A stretch of 63,826 nt of DNA, filler included, from Chiloscyllium plagiosum (lineage: Eukaryota): assembly GCF_004010195.1 (NCBI RefSeq). It is 5 parts of one record of this genome, joined end to end, with 100 filler letters (N's around TTAATTAATTAA, not from the genome) between each part and the next. Parts side by side here need not be neighbours in the genome. Positions count along the whole stretch, not along the records: positions 1 to 20,753 come from NC_057711.1; positions 20,854 to 39,262 come from NC_057711.1; 3 more parts are not named here. One strand, written 5' to 3'. The translations under genes and the position numbers were made by a program. Under the pieces are notes generated by a model. The model saw only the letters and a list, made by a program, of their open reading frames with translations. It was not told the DNA's origin and searched no databases. This document shows positions 13,660 to 26,446 of this stretch, in pieces. Numbering within the stretch: the first letter of the stretch is position 1; every line of letters begins with the position of its first letter.

Positions 13660-15230
13660 TGTTAAGCTTCTTGAGTATTGTTGGAGCTGCATTCATCCAG
13701 GCAAGAATGGAGTATTCCATCACTACTTATTTGTACCCTCTAGATGGTAGATAGATTTTGGGGAGTCAGGAGGTGAGTTACTCGCTGCAATGTTCCTAGC
13801 CTCTCACTCAGTTTTGTAGCCACTGTGTTTATATGGCAAGTTCAGTTCAGTTTCTGATCAATGATAACACTCAGGTTATTGATAATGAATGTTCAAGGAC
13901 TATGGACAGATTCTCTCTTGTTGAAGATGTCATTTGCTGGCATTTATTAGAACAAAGAACACTGAACAGTACAGCACAGTACAGGCCCTCCAGCCCATGG
14001 TGTTGTGCCAACCTTTTATCCTACTCTAAGATCAGACTAACCGACTTACCCTTCATTGGACTATCTTCCAAGTGCCTATCCAAGAGCTGCTTAAATGTCC
14101 CTAATGTATCTGACTCTACTACCACTGCCAGCAGTGCATTCCATGCACCCATCATTCTCTGTGTAAAGAACCTACTTCTGACATCTCTTCTAAACCTTCC
14201 TCCAAGCACCTTAGAATTATTCACCCCACGTGACAAACATTTCTGCAATGGGAAAAAGTCCCTGGCTATCCACTATGCCTCCCATCATCTTGAACACCTT
14301 TGTAAAGGCATCTCTCATCTTTCTTCACTCCAATGAGAAAACCCCTAGCTCCCTCAACCTTTCTTCATAAGACATGCCCTCTGGACCAGGCAGCATCCTG
14401 GTAAACCTCCTCTGCACCCTCTCTAAAGCTTCCACATCTTTCCTCTGATGAGGCGACCAGAACTGAACACAATATTCCAAGTGTGATCTAACCAGGGCTC
14501 TATAGAGCTGCAGCATAACCTCGGCGCTCTTAAACTCAATCTCCCTGCTTCCCTTTGCATGGCTCAGATGTCACTTGCCATCTTTTATCCCAACCCTGGA
14601 TATTGGCCAGGTCTTGTTGCAGTTAGACACGGACTGCTTCAATATCTGGGGACAGTTGTGAATGGTTCTGAACATTGCGCAATTATCAACAAACATCCCC
14701 ACTTTCTGACTTTATGAAGGAAGGAAAGGCTATGATGAAGTAGTTGAAGATGGTTGAGCCTGGAATGCTATCCTGAGAAACTCTTGTACCGGTATTCTAG
14801 GCATGAGATGACTGACCTCCAACAACCACAAAGATCTTACATTTTGCCAGGTATGAATCCAACCAGTTTTCCCACTGATACTCTTAAATCCAATTTTGCT
14901 CAGGTTCCTTGATGCCAAGCTTGGACTGATGCTGCCTTGATGTTGAAGGCAATCACTCTTGTTTCACCTCTGGAATTCAGATCTTTTATCTATGTTTGAA
15001 CCAAAGTTGTAATGAAGTTAGGAGCTGAGTGGCCCTGGCAGAACTCAAATTGGGCATTACTGAGCAGGCCTGAACATGTGCTGTTCGATAGCACTGATGA
15101 CGATACCTTCATCAATTTATTGATGATTGAAAGTAAAACAATGGGGCAGTAATTGGCCAGGTTGAATTTGTCCTGCCTTGTGTGTACAGGGCGTAACTGA
15201 GCAACTTCCTACATTGTTGGATAGATGACC
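13660..15230 (-). mobile_element. Decayed LINE RT region (CR1/L2 superfamily) interrupted by a younger CR1
   Basis: Same family as 59350-59910 and 61670-62280. The sequence resumes after the insertion at 13950-14550. Confidence 0.7.
13950..14550 (-). mobile_element. CR1-type LINE 3' fragment (nested)
   Basis: ORFs LYRALVRSHLEYCVQFWSP...LERVQRRFTRML and FFTQRMMGAWNAL. Confidence 0.92.
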
Positions 15231-15231
15231 A

Positions 15232-15320
15232 GATTAGGTTAGGATATCTGGTTGGCATGGTTGAGCTGGACCTAAGGGTCTGTTTCCATGCTGTATATTT
15301 CTATGACTCAATGACTCTAT
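15232..15320 (+). mobile_element. CR1 3' tail only
   Basis: Matches 24200-24285 (ggtctgtttccatgctgta...ctatgact). Confidence 0.8.
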
Positions 15321-15379
15321 ATACATACCTGTGGTGCAGTGAGACTTGAACCAGGGCCTCCTGGCTACCGCTACACCAA

Positions 15380-17280
15380 TGATCTCATAGCCATTATGGA
15401 AACATGGTTAGGAGGAGATCAAAGCTGGGAATTAAATTTTCAGAGTACAAGCCAACAAAAGATGACAAAACAAATACAGAGAGAAAATAAACCCTGAGGA
15501 CAAACTAGTAAATTACATAAAAAAAGGTTAGTGCACAGTTATCCTATTAATTAAATATCTAAAGAGGAAGGGAGAGCTCAAAGCGAATATAGGCCCCTTA
15601 GAGAATGCGGCTGGGAAAATAATAATGGGGAAAAGAAAATTGGCAGTGCAGTTTAATCAATAATTTGCATCAGTCCTCACAGTGGAGGACGCTAATAGTG
15701 TTTCAAATACACTAAATACTCAAGCGCAAAAGAGGGGAGGGTGGAATAAATACAAGAACTATCAATAGAGAAAAAATAGCAGGGAAACAAATGGGGGCAA
15801 AGACAAGTGAGTCTCTGGACTTGCTGGGTTGCACCCTAGGATCATAAGGTAGTAGTTAAGAGACAGTGGATGCATGGGTTATAGTCTTCTTAGTCCTTAG
15901 ATTCTGTAAAAATTCCACAGAATTGGAAAACTGCCAATGTGACACACTTATTCAAAAACAAAACAGAAAGCTCAGGGCCAGTTAGATTAACATCTATCAT
16001 TGGGAAAATATTGGTTTCTAATAAAGGATTAGAATAGAGTATTTGAAAATACATAATCTGATCAAGCAGGGTCAACATAGCTTCATGAAGAGAAAATCAT
16101 GCCTGACAAATTTATCAGACTTCTTTAGGATGTGTTGAAAGAATTACTGCACGTAAAAAAAACCCTGCTTAATATGATATGCTAAATTTACCACTTAATA
16201 TGATAAGAACTCATTGTGTTGTGAGTAGTATATTACCATGGGTAGAGAATTAGATAACTAATAGAAGGCAAGAGTTCGGGATAAGGGAGGGAAGGCATTA
16301 TCAGGATAGCAACCTGTAATTAGCGGTATGCCACAGGGATCAGTGCTGGGGCCACATTTATTTACCATATATTAATTAATTGGATAACATAATTGAATGT
16401 ACTATCATCAACTTTGTGGATGACATAAGAATAGGCGGCAGGATGACACAGAGTCTGCAGATAGATATAGATAGGTTACATGAACAGGCAAACATTTGTG
16501 GGAAAATGTGAAGTAATGCACTTTGGCAAGAAGAAGAGAGAAGCCAACTATCATTTAAATGGAGAATGATTGCAGAAAGCTGAAGCACAGAGGGATTTGG
16601 GAGTCCTCATACTAAGTCACAAAAAGCTGGTGTACAAGTTCAGAAGGTGAGAGGGAAGGCAAATGCAATGCTAGTCGTCATTTCAAAAGGAATGGTTTCT
16701 AGAAAAGGGAATTTTTGCTGAAACTCAACAAAGCACTAGTTGGCCTCTCCTGGAATACTGAAAAAACAGATTTGGTCCCTTTATTTCAGGAAAGGTGTAT
16801 TGACATTGGAGGCAGTTTGAGAAAGATTCAATGGATTGATCCCGGGCATGAAGGACAGGTTGAGTAGGCTGGGCCTGTGCTCACCGGAGTTCAGAAGAAT
16901 GAGGAGTGACCTTATCGGAATATATTAGATTAGTAAAAGGCTTGACAGGATATCCCCTTGGGGGAGAGTGTAGGACCAGAGAACATAATCTCAGAGTAAG
17001 TGGTCATTCATTTAAAGCACAGATAAGGAGAAATTTCTTCTTTCAGAGGATAGTGAATCTGTGGAATGCTTTACTGCAGAGGACTAAATAGGCCCTGTTG
17101 ATTAGTATATTCAAGGCTAATACTAACAGACATACAGAGTTTTAATCTGTAATCAAGGGTTAAGGAGAAAGAGCAGGAAAGTGGGATTGAAGATTATCAA
17201 ATTACTCATGATTTAATTGACTGGCAGTGCAGACTTGATGAGCTGAATAGCCCACTCCTGCTCCTATGTCCTCTGGTCTT
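15380..17280 (+). mobile_element. Decayed CR1-type LINE ORF2 to 3' end
   Basis: Remnants of WKTANVTHLFKK, PQGSVLGP, FVDD and FFFQRIVNLWNAL, with many stops and frameshifts. Confidence 0.85.
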
Positions 17281-19329
17281 AGTACCTTATTACATTGCTT
17301 ATGATTCCACAAACGATTCATATCCTATAGTTCAAATATATACCGAGACAAAACAACATGACACTGTTAATACTAATGAAGTATGGTTAGTTGCCTGAAG
17401 CAAAAACTTTTGCCAGGAATAGAGTCTTGGAATGTTTGATCATCATTTGATCAGGGAGATGGAGCATGTCATCCCATAGGCATCTCCTTCAACAAAGCTT
17501 GAAACCAAAATTTTCCAATCCAACGGCAAGAGTGCTATAAACTGGATCAATTTTCCGAGGTACCAAAAAACTGTCAATATATACCAAACTGGAAAATAAT
17601 TGAGTGACAAGCTCAGAAAAGAAATTACAATAACTGCAAACACACACAAAAAAGGTCAGATTTGCAATACAACAAATATTTGAAGTAATTTTGTGATGGG
17701 TAATGAAAAGCACAATTGACTATCTCATTGTGAGAGAACAACAGTGTCTGCATTAGCAAAAATAAATCAACAGTAGTTCCCATATGAGCTGCACAAGGCA
17801 CCTTGTGGATCAGGTTGTGAACTGATTCACTTCCGTGATGCTAGAAATTTATCTTGAAACAAACTTAATGAGATGTGCTTGTAACTGAATTTAGTACTCC
17901 TTAGTCCAATTAACTTGGGCCCCTTTTCTGCACCTACTTCATCAGCTTTATACAACACAGATCCAGTGCTACTACAGTGGTTCAAATGCTTGTGAAATTG
18001 CCTCGATTTGGATATAAAATGCTAACATAATTTCAATTTCTCTGCTCAATTAAATGCATTTGAACCTAGCTTCATGGCTGAATATCCAAACACTTGATTT
18101 TAACACCTATTTCAACACTTTTTAGGCACTTCACAACTAGGGCAGACTTACAGTTGTGATATTTGATGTGTTTTTCCAGAGATAATAAATTCTATCCAGA
18201 AAGTTTGAATGTTTAACATGGTGTGATAGTATCTGCAAGATTGCAAATGCTTTTTTTTCTATCTAAATAAGAACTGGCAGCTGCCAGCTAGTCTTGCACT
18301 TGCAACTATTGATACAATGAACATCTGTTAAGTGGGAGAGTTGACCTATCACGTAATTCAAGTACTGCTTTTGTACAGTAGATTACTTCATTTAGAAGTA
18401 CCTCATATCCAACACTGCTTATTAGGAACTGTGGGAAATCTTTTAAATTAATACAATTTTTATTTGTTGTAAGGTATAAGTACAATCAGATTCTTTTTCA
18501 TTGAGGGTAGATACAGACAATACATGTTGTCCACAAAGACAAGAATACCTCTTACAAATAAAGATGTTTATGTCATTTATAGTAGTGGGCTTCTCCTTGT
18601 CAATGCGGGTGGGAGTATTGTGCAATAGATAATGTGTTTACATGTACTTAGTAGTCATTTTTACAGCAATGTCCAGGTAAAATGAATCAGGAATGTGATT
18701 CTTTATCTGAAACTCAAAGGAAGGTATCCTAAGAAATCAGGAGCTGGAGTTTCTGAGGAGTGGCAATCTCACAGACAGTACTGCTCTGCCCTTCCAGGCA
18801 TATGGGAATTGACCAGTAGATTCTTCAATTTTCCAGGCAATTCCTTTGGAGTCTGCTATGATGGGAATTTGCTGAGGATTTCATGTGCAATTCCCACCTA
18901 TGTTGGAACAATGACTGATCACTGGAAAATCCTGTCCCATGTGCTGTGCTCAGTGCTTTCCTACAAATTGATTCCTGAATGAAGAACTAAACTGTCAGAA
19001 TACTAGTAAACAATTTGAAGTTATTTAAATTAAGTCAAGCAAAATGAACATTGATTTTGCAGTTTGCATCACTCAGTCCATCATTCAATACATGAGAACA
19101 GGAATCTCAATCCAGAAGATATAAAGAGCGATCTTCAGAGGAAATCATGGAGTGCAAATTGGGAAGCATAGCTGGAGTGCAGAGAAGAACAGAAACCTAC
19201 TGGTCTACAAGTTATTACATTCATTCCCAGCAATGGAACCCAGAGATTTGGATTTTTGGAACCAGCTAATAAAAGGAGATTATGTTGTGTGCAAAGTAAT
19301 TTTGGCTATGCAAAGTACATATTGTAAGA

Positions 19330-20140
19330 ACATGAAAACATTAGGAACTAGGAGCAGGAGTTGGCAAGTCATGCCATTCAATACAATCAAGGGTGATCCC
19401 ATCTTGACCTCAACTCCACTTTTCTGCTTGGTCTCCATAACTTTTCAACCCAGTAAAAATTAAAAATCTATCTCCTCCTTAAATTTACTCAATGGCGTGG
19501 CATCCACGACTCTCTGAGTCAGTGAATTCCATAGATTCAGGAACCTTTGAGCCAGGTACCTTCCTCTTATCTCTGTTTTAAATCTGCTACTCTTTATCTT
19601 AAAGCTATGACCTCTCATTCTAGATTTCCCCATAGTGATCAGTCATCTACCCTGTCAATCCACTTATATACCTGAATTAGATCTCCTCTCATTATTCTAA
19701 ATTTCAGAGACCTTAGGCCTAAATTGCTCAATCTCTCTTCATAAGACAACCCCATATATCTGGAATAAATCTACCAAACCTCCTCTGAACTGCTGCCAAT
19801 GTAATTATATCCCTCCTCAGGTGTTGGGACCAAATACCTTGCACAGTTGCAGCAATACTCTCTACTCTTACATGCTATTGCTTTAGCAATAAAATTCCAC
19901 TTGCTTTTCTTATTACTGCTGTAGCTGCAGGTAGTTTTCTGAGATTCATGCACGAGAACATCCAGATCCATCTGCACCGAAGTACACTGAAGTTTCACTG
20001 CAATTATTGTCTTTGTATGGTTCTGACCAAAATGGATAACCTCACACTTATCTGTGTTAACTTCCATCTGCCAACATTTGATCCATTCACCCAACTGATC
20101 CATTTGTGAATTTCTTATTTCTTTATTACAACTTGCCCAC
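19330..20140 (-). mobile_element. CR1-type LINE 3' fragment
   Basis: WQMEVNTDKCEVIHFG motif; colinear with 55740-57010 and 37355-38260. Confidence 0.85.
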
Positions 20141-20753
20141 TTAGAACATAGAACATAGACATAGAACATAGAACAATACAGCACAGAACAGGCCCTTGGG
20201 CCCACGATGTTGTGCCGAACATTTGTCCTAGCTTAAGCACCCATCCATGTACCTATCCAATTGCCGCTTAAAGGTCACCAAAGATTCTGACTCTACCACT
20301 CCCACAGGCAGCGCATTCCATGCCCCCACCACTCTCTGGGTAAAGAACCCACCCCATATCTCATTTTTCCTCTGCGTATTTCCTTCTTAGTAATCCTCTG
20401 TTGCTCTTTAAAAGCTTTCCAGTCCTCAGTTTTTCCACTTATCTTAGCTATGTTATACTTTTTCTCTTTTAACTTTATATGTTTCTTTACTTCCCTCATC
20501 AGCCACGGCCGCCCATGCCTCCTCCTGGGATCTTTCTTCCTTTTAGGAATGAACTGATCCTGCAACTTCTGCATTATACACAGAAATATCCGCCATTGTT
20601 CCTCCACGGTCATCCCTGCTAAGGTATTGCACAATTGAACTTTGGCCAGCTCCTCCCTCATAGCTCCATAGTTCCCTTTATTCAACAGAAGTACTGTCAC
20701 TTCCGACTGTACCCTCTCCCTCTCAAATTGCAGATTGAAGCTTATTGCATTAT
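20141..20753 (-). mobile_element. Younger CR1 3' end with (atagaac)n tail, joined to an ORF2 inter-domain fragment
   Basis: Tail repeat at 20143-20175; ORF 20293-20700 with NKGNY...PWLM motif; runs into the gap. Confidence 0.8.
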
Positions 20754-20853
20754 NNNNNNNNNNNNNNNNNNNNNNNNNNNNNNNNNNNNNNNNNNNNTTA
20801 ATTAATTAANNNNNNNNNNNNNNNNNNNNNNNNNNNNNNNNNNNNNNNNNNNN
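20754..20853. other. Assembly spacer N44-TTAATTAATTAA-N44
   Basis: Read directly; the linker has stops in all six frames. Confidence 0.98.
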
Positions 20854-21350
20854 GTGGCTCAACATTTGAACTCCCCCTCCCACTCTGCCGAGGATATGGA
20901 GGTGCTGGGCCTCCTCCACCGCCGCTCCCTCACCACCAGACGCCTGGAGGAAGAACGCCTCATCTTCCGCCTCGGAACACTTCAACCCCAGGGCATCAAT
21001 GTGGATTTCAACAGCTTCCTCATTTCCCCTTCCCCCACCTCATCCTAGTTTCTAACCTCCAGCAACACGATCCCCTTGACTTGTCCGGACTTGTCCGACC
21101 TGCCCAGCTCCTTTTCCACCTATCCACTCCACCCTCTCCTCCCTGACCTATCACCTTCATCTCCTCCCCCACTGACCTATTGTACTCTATGCTATTCTAT
21201 CCCCACCCCCACCCTCCCCCAGCTTATCTCTCCACGCTTCAGGCTCTCTGCCTTTATTCCTGATGAAGGGCTTTTGCCCGAAACGTCGATTTCGAAGCTT
21301 TTCGGAAGCTGCCTGAACTGCTGTGCTCTTCCAGCACCACTAATCCAGAA
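20854..21350 (+). mobile_element. PLE 3' end (C-terminal GIY-YIG region plus pLTR), family B
   Basis: VAQHLNSPSHS...LEEERLIFRLGTLQPQGINVDF, then a C-rich UTR with HHR; similar to 31060-31580. Confidence 0.85.
21258..21289 (+). ncRNA. Minimal HHR motif, family B
   Basis: TC-CTGATGA-A-GGGC tttt GCCC-GAAA-CG-TC-GA. Confidence 0.75.
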
Positions 21351-22100
21351 CCCAATGAGCACAGTCCACCGATTTCTCAGCAACAAATCCAAACAAAACA
21401 CAGACAAAACACATCCAGAAACCCTAGCCACTCTCCCTTACATCAAAGGCATCTCAGAAATGATTGCCAGACTACTCAGATCCCTTGGCATCACGGTAGC
21501 CCACAAACCCACCAACACACTGAAACAGCAGTTAATGAACTTGAAAGACCCTATACAGACAACAAGCAAAACTAATGTCATTTATAAAATACCATTCAAG
21601 GACTATAACAAACAGTACACTGGACAAACAGACAGAAAACTAGCCTCTAGGATACATGAACACCAACTAGCAACAAAAAGACTTCACCCTCTCTCACTAG
21701 TATCCTTACATACGGATGAGGAAGGACACCACCTTGACTGGGACAACACATTCATCCTAGGACAAGCCAAACAAAGACACACATGAGAATTCCTAGAAGC
21801 ATAGCATTCCAACCAGAACACTATCAACAAACACATCGAGTTAGACCCCATCTACCACCCCTTGAGAAAAAGAACAGGAAGAGACTTCACTAAAAGAAAT
21901 GACATCACCACAGGAAATGACATCACCAACCCAAAGACACACAAACATATAAATAGAAAGCAGGACTTATCAGCAGTGCTTTGCCTGAGGCCCACTGAAG
22001 CTGTTTCCTAGTAGAGTGACAAAACATCTGGAAATGAACCTTCCAGCTCAGCGAGCAAACCTACATGCAGAACCTCAACCAGAGCTACAAATCTTCTCAA
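21350..22100 (+). mobile_element. PLE 3' portion, family C (RT thumb and GIY-YIG endonuclease, decayed)
   Basis: LPYIKGISEMIARLL...NVIYKIPFKDYNKQYTGQTDRKLASRIHEH; degenerate HHR near 21992-22031. Confidence 0.9.
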
Positions 22101-22167
22101 AAAAAAATTCCATGTCATGTATGATCACAAGAGTGTAGGTTTGCTTGCTGAGCTGTAGGTTTGATAT

Positions 22168-22207
22168 CCAGACGTTTCATTACCTGGCTAGGTAACATCA
22201 TCAGTGG
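22168..22207 (-). ncRNA. Minimal HHR motif, family C
   Basis: Minus strand reads CCA-CTGATGA-T-GTTACCT agcc AGGTAAT-GAAA-CG-TC-TGG. Confidence 0.8.
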
Positions 22208-22293
22208 AGATCTCCAAGTGAAGCGAAGCTTTTGTCTCCTGCTTTTTATAAATAGAAAGCAGGATACAACAGCTTCGCTTCACTTGGAGGTCG

Positions 22294-22333
22294 CCACTGA
22301 TGATGTTACCTAGCCAGGTAATGAAACGTCTGG
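22294..22333 (+). ncRNA. Minimal HHR motif, family C
   Basis: CCA-CTGATGA-T-GTTACCT agcc AGGTAAT-GAAA-CG-TC-TGG. Confidence 0.8.
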
Positions 22334-22419
22334 ATATCAAACCTACAGCTCAGCGAGCAAACCTACACCCTAATCCTCAACCTGAGCTACAAACCTTGCA
22401 TATATGATCACTAATTCCA

Positions 22420-23360
22420 AATACTTTGATTTCATAATAACCCCTTAAGTGGGACTATTTCAAAAGCCTTCTGAAAATCTAAATACACCAGATCCACAGT
22501 TCTCTCTCATCTATTCTAGTTAAATCTCAAAAGACTAAAGTAGGTCTGTCAAATGTGATTTCCCTTTGATAAATTCATGTTGAACTTGTTTACTAACGTT
22601 AGGATCTTTTACATGTCCCGTTTCCTCATCCTTTTTAATAGACTTCAACATTTTCCCTTTTATTGATGTCTGTAATCCCTAGCTTTTTTACCTTCCCTCA
22701 TTTTTTAAAATGTGGAGTTAGATTTGCCACCCTTCAGTCTGCCAGGACTGTTTCAGATTCTGTAGAATTTTGGAGTTGACAACCAATGCATCCATTATTT
22801 ATATGGCCATTTCCTTTAGTACCCTGGGACGTAGATTATCAGGCCCTGAGGATTTTTTTAGTTTTAATTCCCATTCATTTCTTCAGCACTACTTTTACTA
22901 ATGTTAATTTCTTTCAGTTCCTCTCCATTATCAATTCTTCTACTGCAGACTGTAAATGGCCAACATTTGTTCTTATTAATCCTTTCTATAAAATGCTTAT
23001 AAAAGTGGATCATAAGAGCTTCTATGTACTTTACAAATTTACACTTGTACTCTATTTTTCCTCTCTTAATTAACCTCTTGGTCTTCCTTTGCCGAATTCT
23101 AAACTGCTCCTAGTCATTAGGTGTACCACTTTTCACAGTCTCTTCTTTGGTTCTAATGTTATCCATCATTTCTGTTGTTAATCATGTTAGTGCCACCTTT
23201 CTACTTGTATCCAAAAGGAATATATAACTCCTGCAATGCATGCATCAATTCCTGAAATATTTAGTATCGTCTGGCCACTGTTACATTTTTAATGATGGTA
23301 TCCAGTCTATCGCAGCTAACCTACTACTCACACCTTCATAGTTTCCATTGTTTAGATTTA
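22420..23360 (-). mobile_element. Heavily decayed CR1-type LINE ORF2
   Basis: aaaagccttctgaaaatctaaatacacc is the reverse complement of a VYLDFQKAF motif. Confidence 0.7.
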
Positions 23361-23519
23361 TTTGTTATTAGCAACATTATTACAAAAATAGTGATTAAAA
23401 CTAAAACAATAAGGGATTCCAAAACTGAAGGAGCTAAGCAGAAAGGCAGTTTCACTCTGCTTGAAAATGAACACTTCTTTAAATGGGTGATGTAGAACAT
23501 TGTAACCCTCAATGTATCT

Positions 23520-24285
23520 CATGCTGCATTTTGGGAAGGCAAGACTTAGCAGAACTTATACACTTAATGGTAAGGTCCGAGGGAGTGTTGCTGAAGAAAG
23601 AGACCGTGGAGTGCAGGTTCATAGCTCCTTGAAAGTGGAGTCACAGGTAGATTGGATAGTGAAAAAGACGTTTGGTATGCTTTCCTTTATTGGTCAGAGT
23701 ATTGAGTACAGAAGTTGGGAGGTCATGTTGCGGCAGTACAGGTAATTGGTTAGGCCACTGTTGGAATATTGCATGCAGTTCTGGTCTCCTTCCTATCGGA
23801 AAGATGTTGTGAAACTTGAAAGGGTTCAGAAAAGATTTACAAGGATGTTGCCAGGGTTGGAGGATTTGAACTCTAGGGAGAGGCTGAGCAGGCTGGGGCT
23901 GTTTTCCCTGGAGCGTCAGAGGCTGAAGGGTGATCTTATAGAGGTTTACAAAATTATGAGGGCATGGATAGGATAAATAGACAGAGTCTTTTCCTTGGGG
24001 TCGGGGAGTTCAGAACTAGAGGGCATAGATTTAGGGTGAGAGGGGAAAGATATAAAAGAGACCTAAGGGCAACTTTTTCACACAGAGGGTGGTACGTGTA
24101 TGGAATGAGCTGCCAGAGGAAGTGGTGGAGGCATTTGGATGGGTATGAGGAATAGGAAGGGTTTAGAGGGATATGGGTCGGGTGCTGGCAGGTGGGACTA
24201 GATTGGGTTGGGATATCTGGCCGGCATGGACAGGATGGACCAAAAGGTCTGTTTCCATGCTGTACATCTCTATGATTCTATGACC
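23520..24285 (+). mobile_element. CR1 (HER1-like) LINE 3' fragment
   Basis: VRPLLEYCMQFWSP, LERVQKRFTRML and GDLIEVYKI motifs; the tail resembles the SINE tail. Confidence 0.92.
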
Positions 24286-24674
24286 CTAAGATTGACTAAA
24301 GAAACAATGAAATGCTTTAAGCTTAAATATCATTTTGAATGCCAACACAAAGTGTCCTCGCACATTGAAACGTACATTGAGTTTTGTTTTAAGAACAAAG
24401 GCAAATCATTGATTTGTATTGAGACTTCAAAGTATTTTTCCCACCAGTAGCAATAAAATTCAAACATTCCCAACATTTCATTAAAAGTGTCACTGCAGGT
24501 AGCAAAGACTGTGCAAAATCATTGTTAACATAGCTAATTGGGACATCGGGCTAGAAATCAAGTCTAGCTATTCTCAGGATCATCACAAAGTCTCCAAGCT
24601 ACCTGTCAGATAGAACCAGGTTAACAGAAAACATGGGCCAGGACTTAACAAATAATATTATTTAGAAATAGATC

Positions 24675-24925
24675 TCATCATTGGTGGTCCCTTGCAGATA
24701 AGGATGACTCTCTTCCACTCTCACGGTGATGTGTGCAGACCAATGCGGCTTCTACAAGTTGTGTTACACTTGGGGCAAAAGGTGATCGTGGGAAGGGGTG
24801 GATGTTTTTGACTTGGTTTTGCTTTGTCCGAGGCGGCAAATCTCGAGGTGCTCGATGCTTTCCCAGACACTCCTCCTCCAATCTGGACAGTCTTGGGGAA
24901 GTGATTCCCAGGTGTCTGGAGAAGC
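24675..24925 (-). mobile_element. RTE-like LINE 3' fragment
   Basis: WESLPQDCPDWRRSVWESIEHLE resembles the RTE C-terminal LAQDR..WR motif. Confidence 0.6.
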
Positions 24926-25321
24926 AGTTACATTACAAAGAAATAAATTCCAACCACGGAAGAGTAACAATGAACTGCTGGCATGTGAAAATTAGTTAAA
25001 TCTCTAACCATCTTCCAAAACCACTCTACAGATACACACAGGCAGACGAAATAAAAGGTGTTACGGTTAGAGGGGAAAACAAACTGGGGAAGCAGTTCAA
25101 TGGCCCCTGACTACAGAGTTAGCCAAGACAATCTTTTGCTTGCCAGGATTTTCTCCAGCGTCTTTTCATTTCCTCACAGGAGGCACAGATGAGTGGTACA
25201 TGAACCACAAAATCTCTTAGTTACTGGTTAAAGACTACAGCTAACAGCAATTGGTGAAGGAAAATAAACCAACTTTCTTCATTGTTTTTTTACCGGAGAG
25301 AAAATAAAACACCCTTTGCAG

Positions 25322-25950
25322 TACAGGTAGTTCTCCTTTAACACTGTAGTTGCATTCCAAGGAAACCTCGCTTAATAGAAAATTGCTGAATGTAAACAAT
25401 GGGGACTACCTGTAGGAAAAGTGGGTTTGGGCAGACGAGCAAAAGATATTACTCACAATCGCTCAAAGATGACTCAAAACTCTAATACAGCCTGAATGAA
25501 GGTATAAATCATATTTATCATTTAAACAAAAATAACTTTAACATGCTATGTTTAAAAAATATTGTTAATGCAGGAACAGAAGTCATCATGGTGTGTAAGG
25601 TAGACTCCCTCATTCTTGTTAAATGAGCTGTATCACATACTCTCTTATAATGCTCAAAATGCTTTATAATATCTAGCTTCTCTTCCAGTGTTGCAGCCTT
25701 TATTTTGCGTTCACTACCCGCAATCTTATCACCAGGTCGTTTCTTGTTAACATTCTTGTCATTATGGTCCTCCATTTTTTCAAAAAAGGGATAATCTAGG
25801 AGTAGTGTACCTTTCACAGGAAGCTGCTCAATGTATCTCTCACAGAAAGCTGCTCTCTGTACAGTACCTCTCACAGAAAGCTAGCTGATATTGCACATGC
25901 ACAGAACAGCTCAAAGACTAGCTAACGAGCAGAACAATAGAATCGTGCTA
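25322..25950 (-). mobile_element. Tigger/pogo DNA transposon remnant (N-terminal HTH only)
   Basis: ORF 25518-25874 contains RKIKAATLEEKLDIIKHFE...MRESTLHTM, like the CENP-B/psq HTH. A TA-CAGGTAG terminus lies at 25322. Confidence 0.7.
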
Positions 25951-26140
25951 CTGCGATCAGAGGAAAACCTTCTTGAAAATGTCATTTCTTAATTGCTCAG
26001 TGATATTATAAGCAAATCGCGATGCCAGAACCCACGTGATCTGAGAATTACTTGAAGTCCAAAAAATTCTATCAGTATCATTCATATCCACAGGCTGTTC
26101 AGCTACCCAGGGACCAAAAAGATAGTTTGGAATCCACAAT

Positions 26141-26446
26141 GGGGGTGGCACGGTGGCTCAGTGGTTAACACTGCTACCTCACAGCGCCAGGGTCCCAGGT
26201 TTGGGTGACTGTCTGTGTGGAGTTTGCACATGCTCCCAGTGTCCCCAGTGTGGGTTTCCTCCAGGTTTCCTCTCTCAGTCCAAAGATGTGCAAGTCAGGT
26301 GAATTGGCGATGCTAAATTGCCCATAGCGATAGACGCATTAGTCAGAGGGAAATGGGTCTGGGTGGGTTACTCTTTGGAGGGTCGGTGTGGACTGGGTGG
26401 GCTGAAGGTTCTGTTTCCAGATTGTAGGGAATTGAATCTAATCTAA
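26141..26446 (+). mobile_element. HE1-like V-SINE
   Basis: Same head, V-domain and tail as 9654-9967. Confidence 0.9.

Larger units (their letters stand above)
22129..22398. mobile_element. Fold-back non-coding PLE-derived element with two divergent HHRs and a 13-bp TSD
   Basis: Arms 22133-22249 and 22252-22368; flanks catgtatgatcac (22116-22128) and catatatgatcac (22399-22411). Confidence 0.85.

Noticed and set aside
20798..20809. Recurring TTAATTAATTAA as a biological repeat or CRISPR-like array
   Set aside because: Always centred in N runs; an artificial linker.
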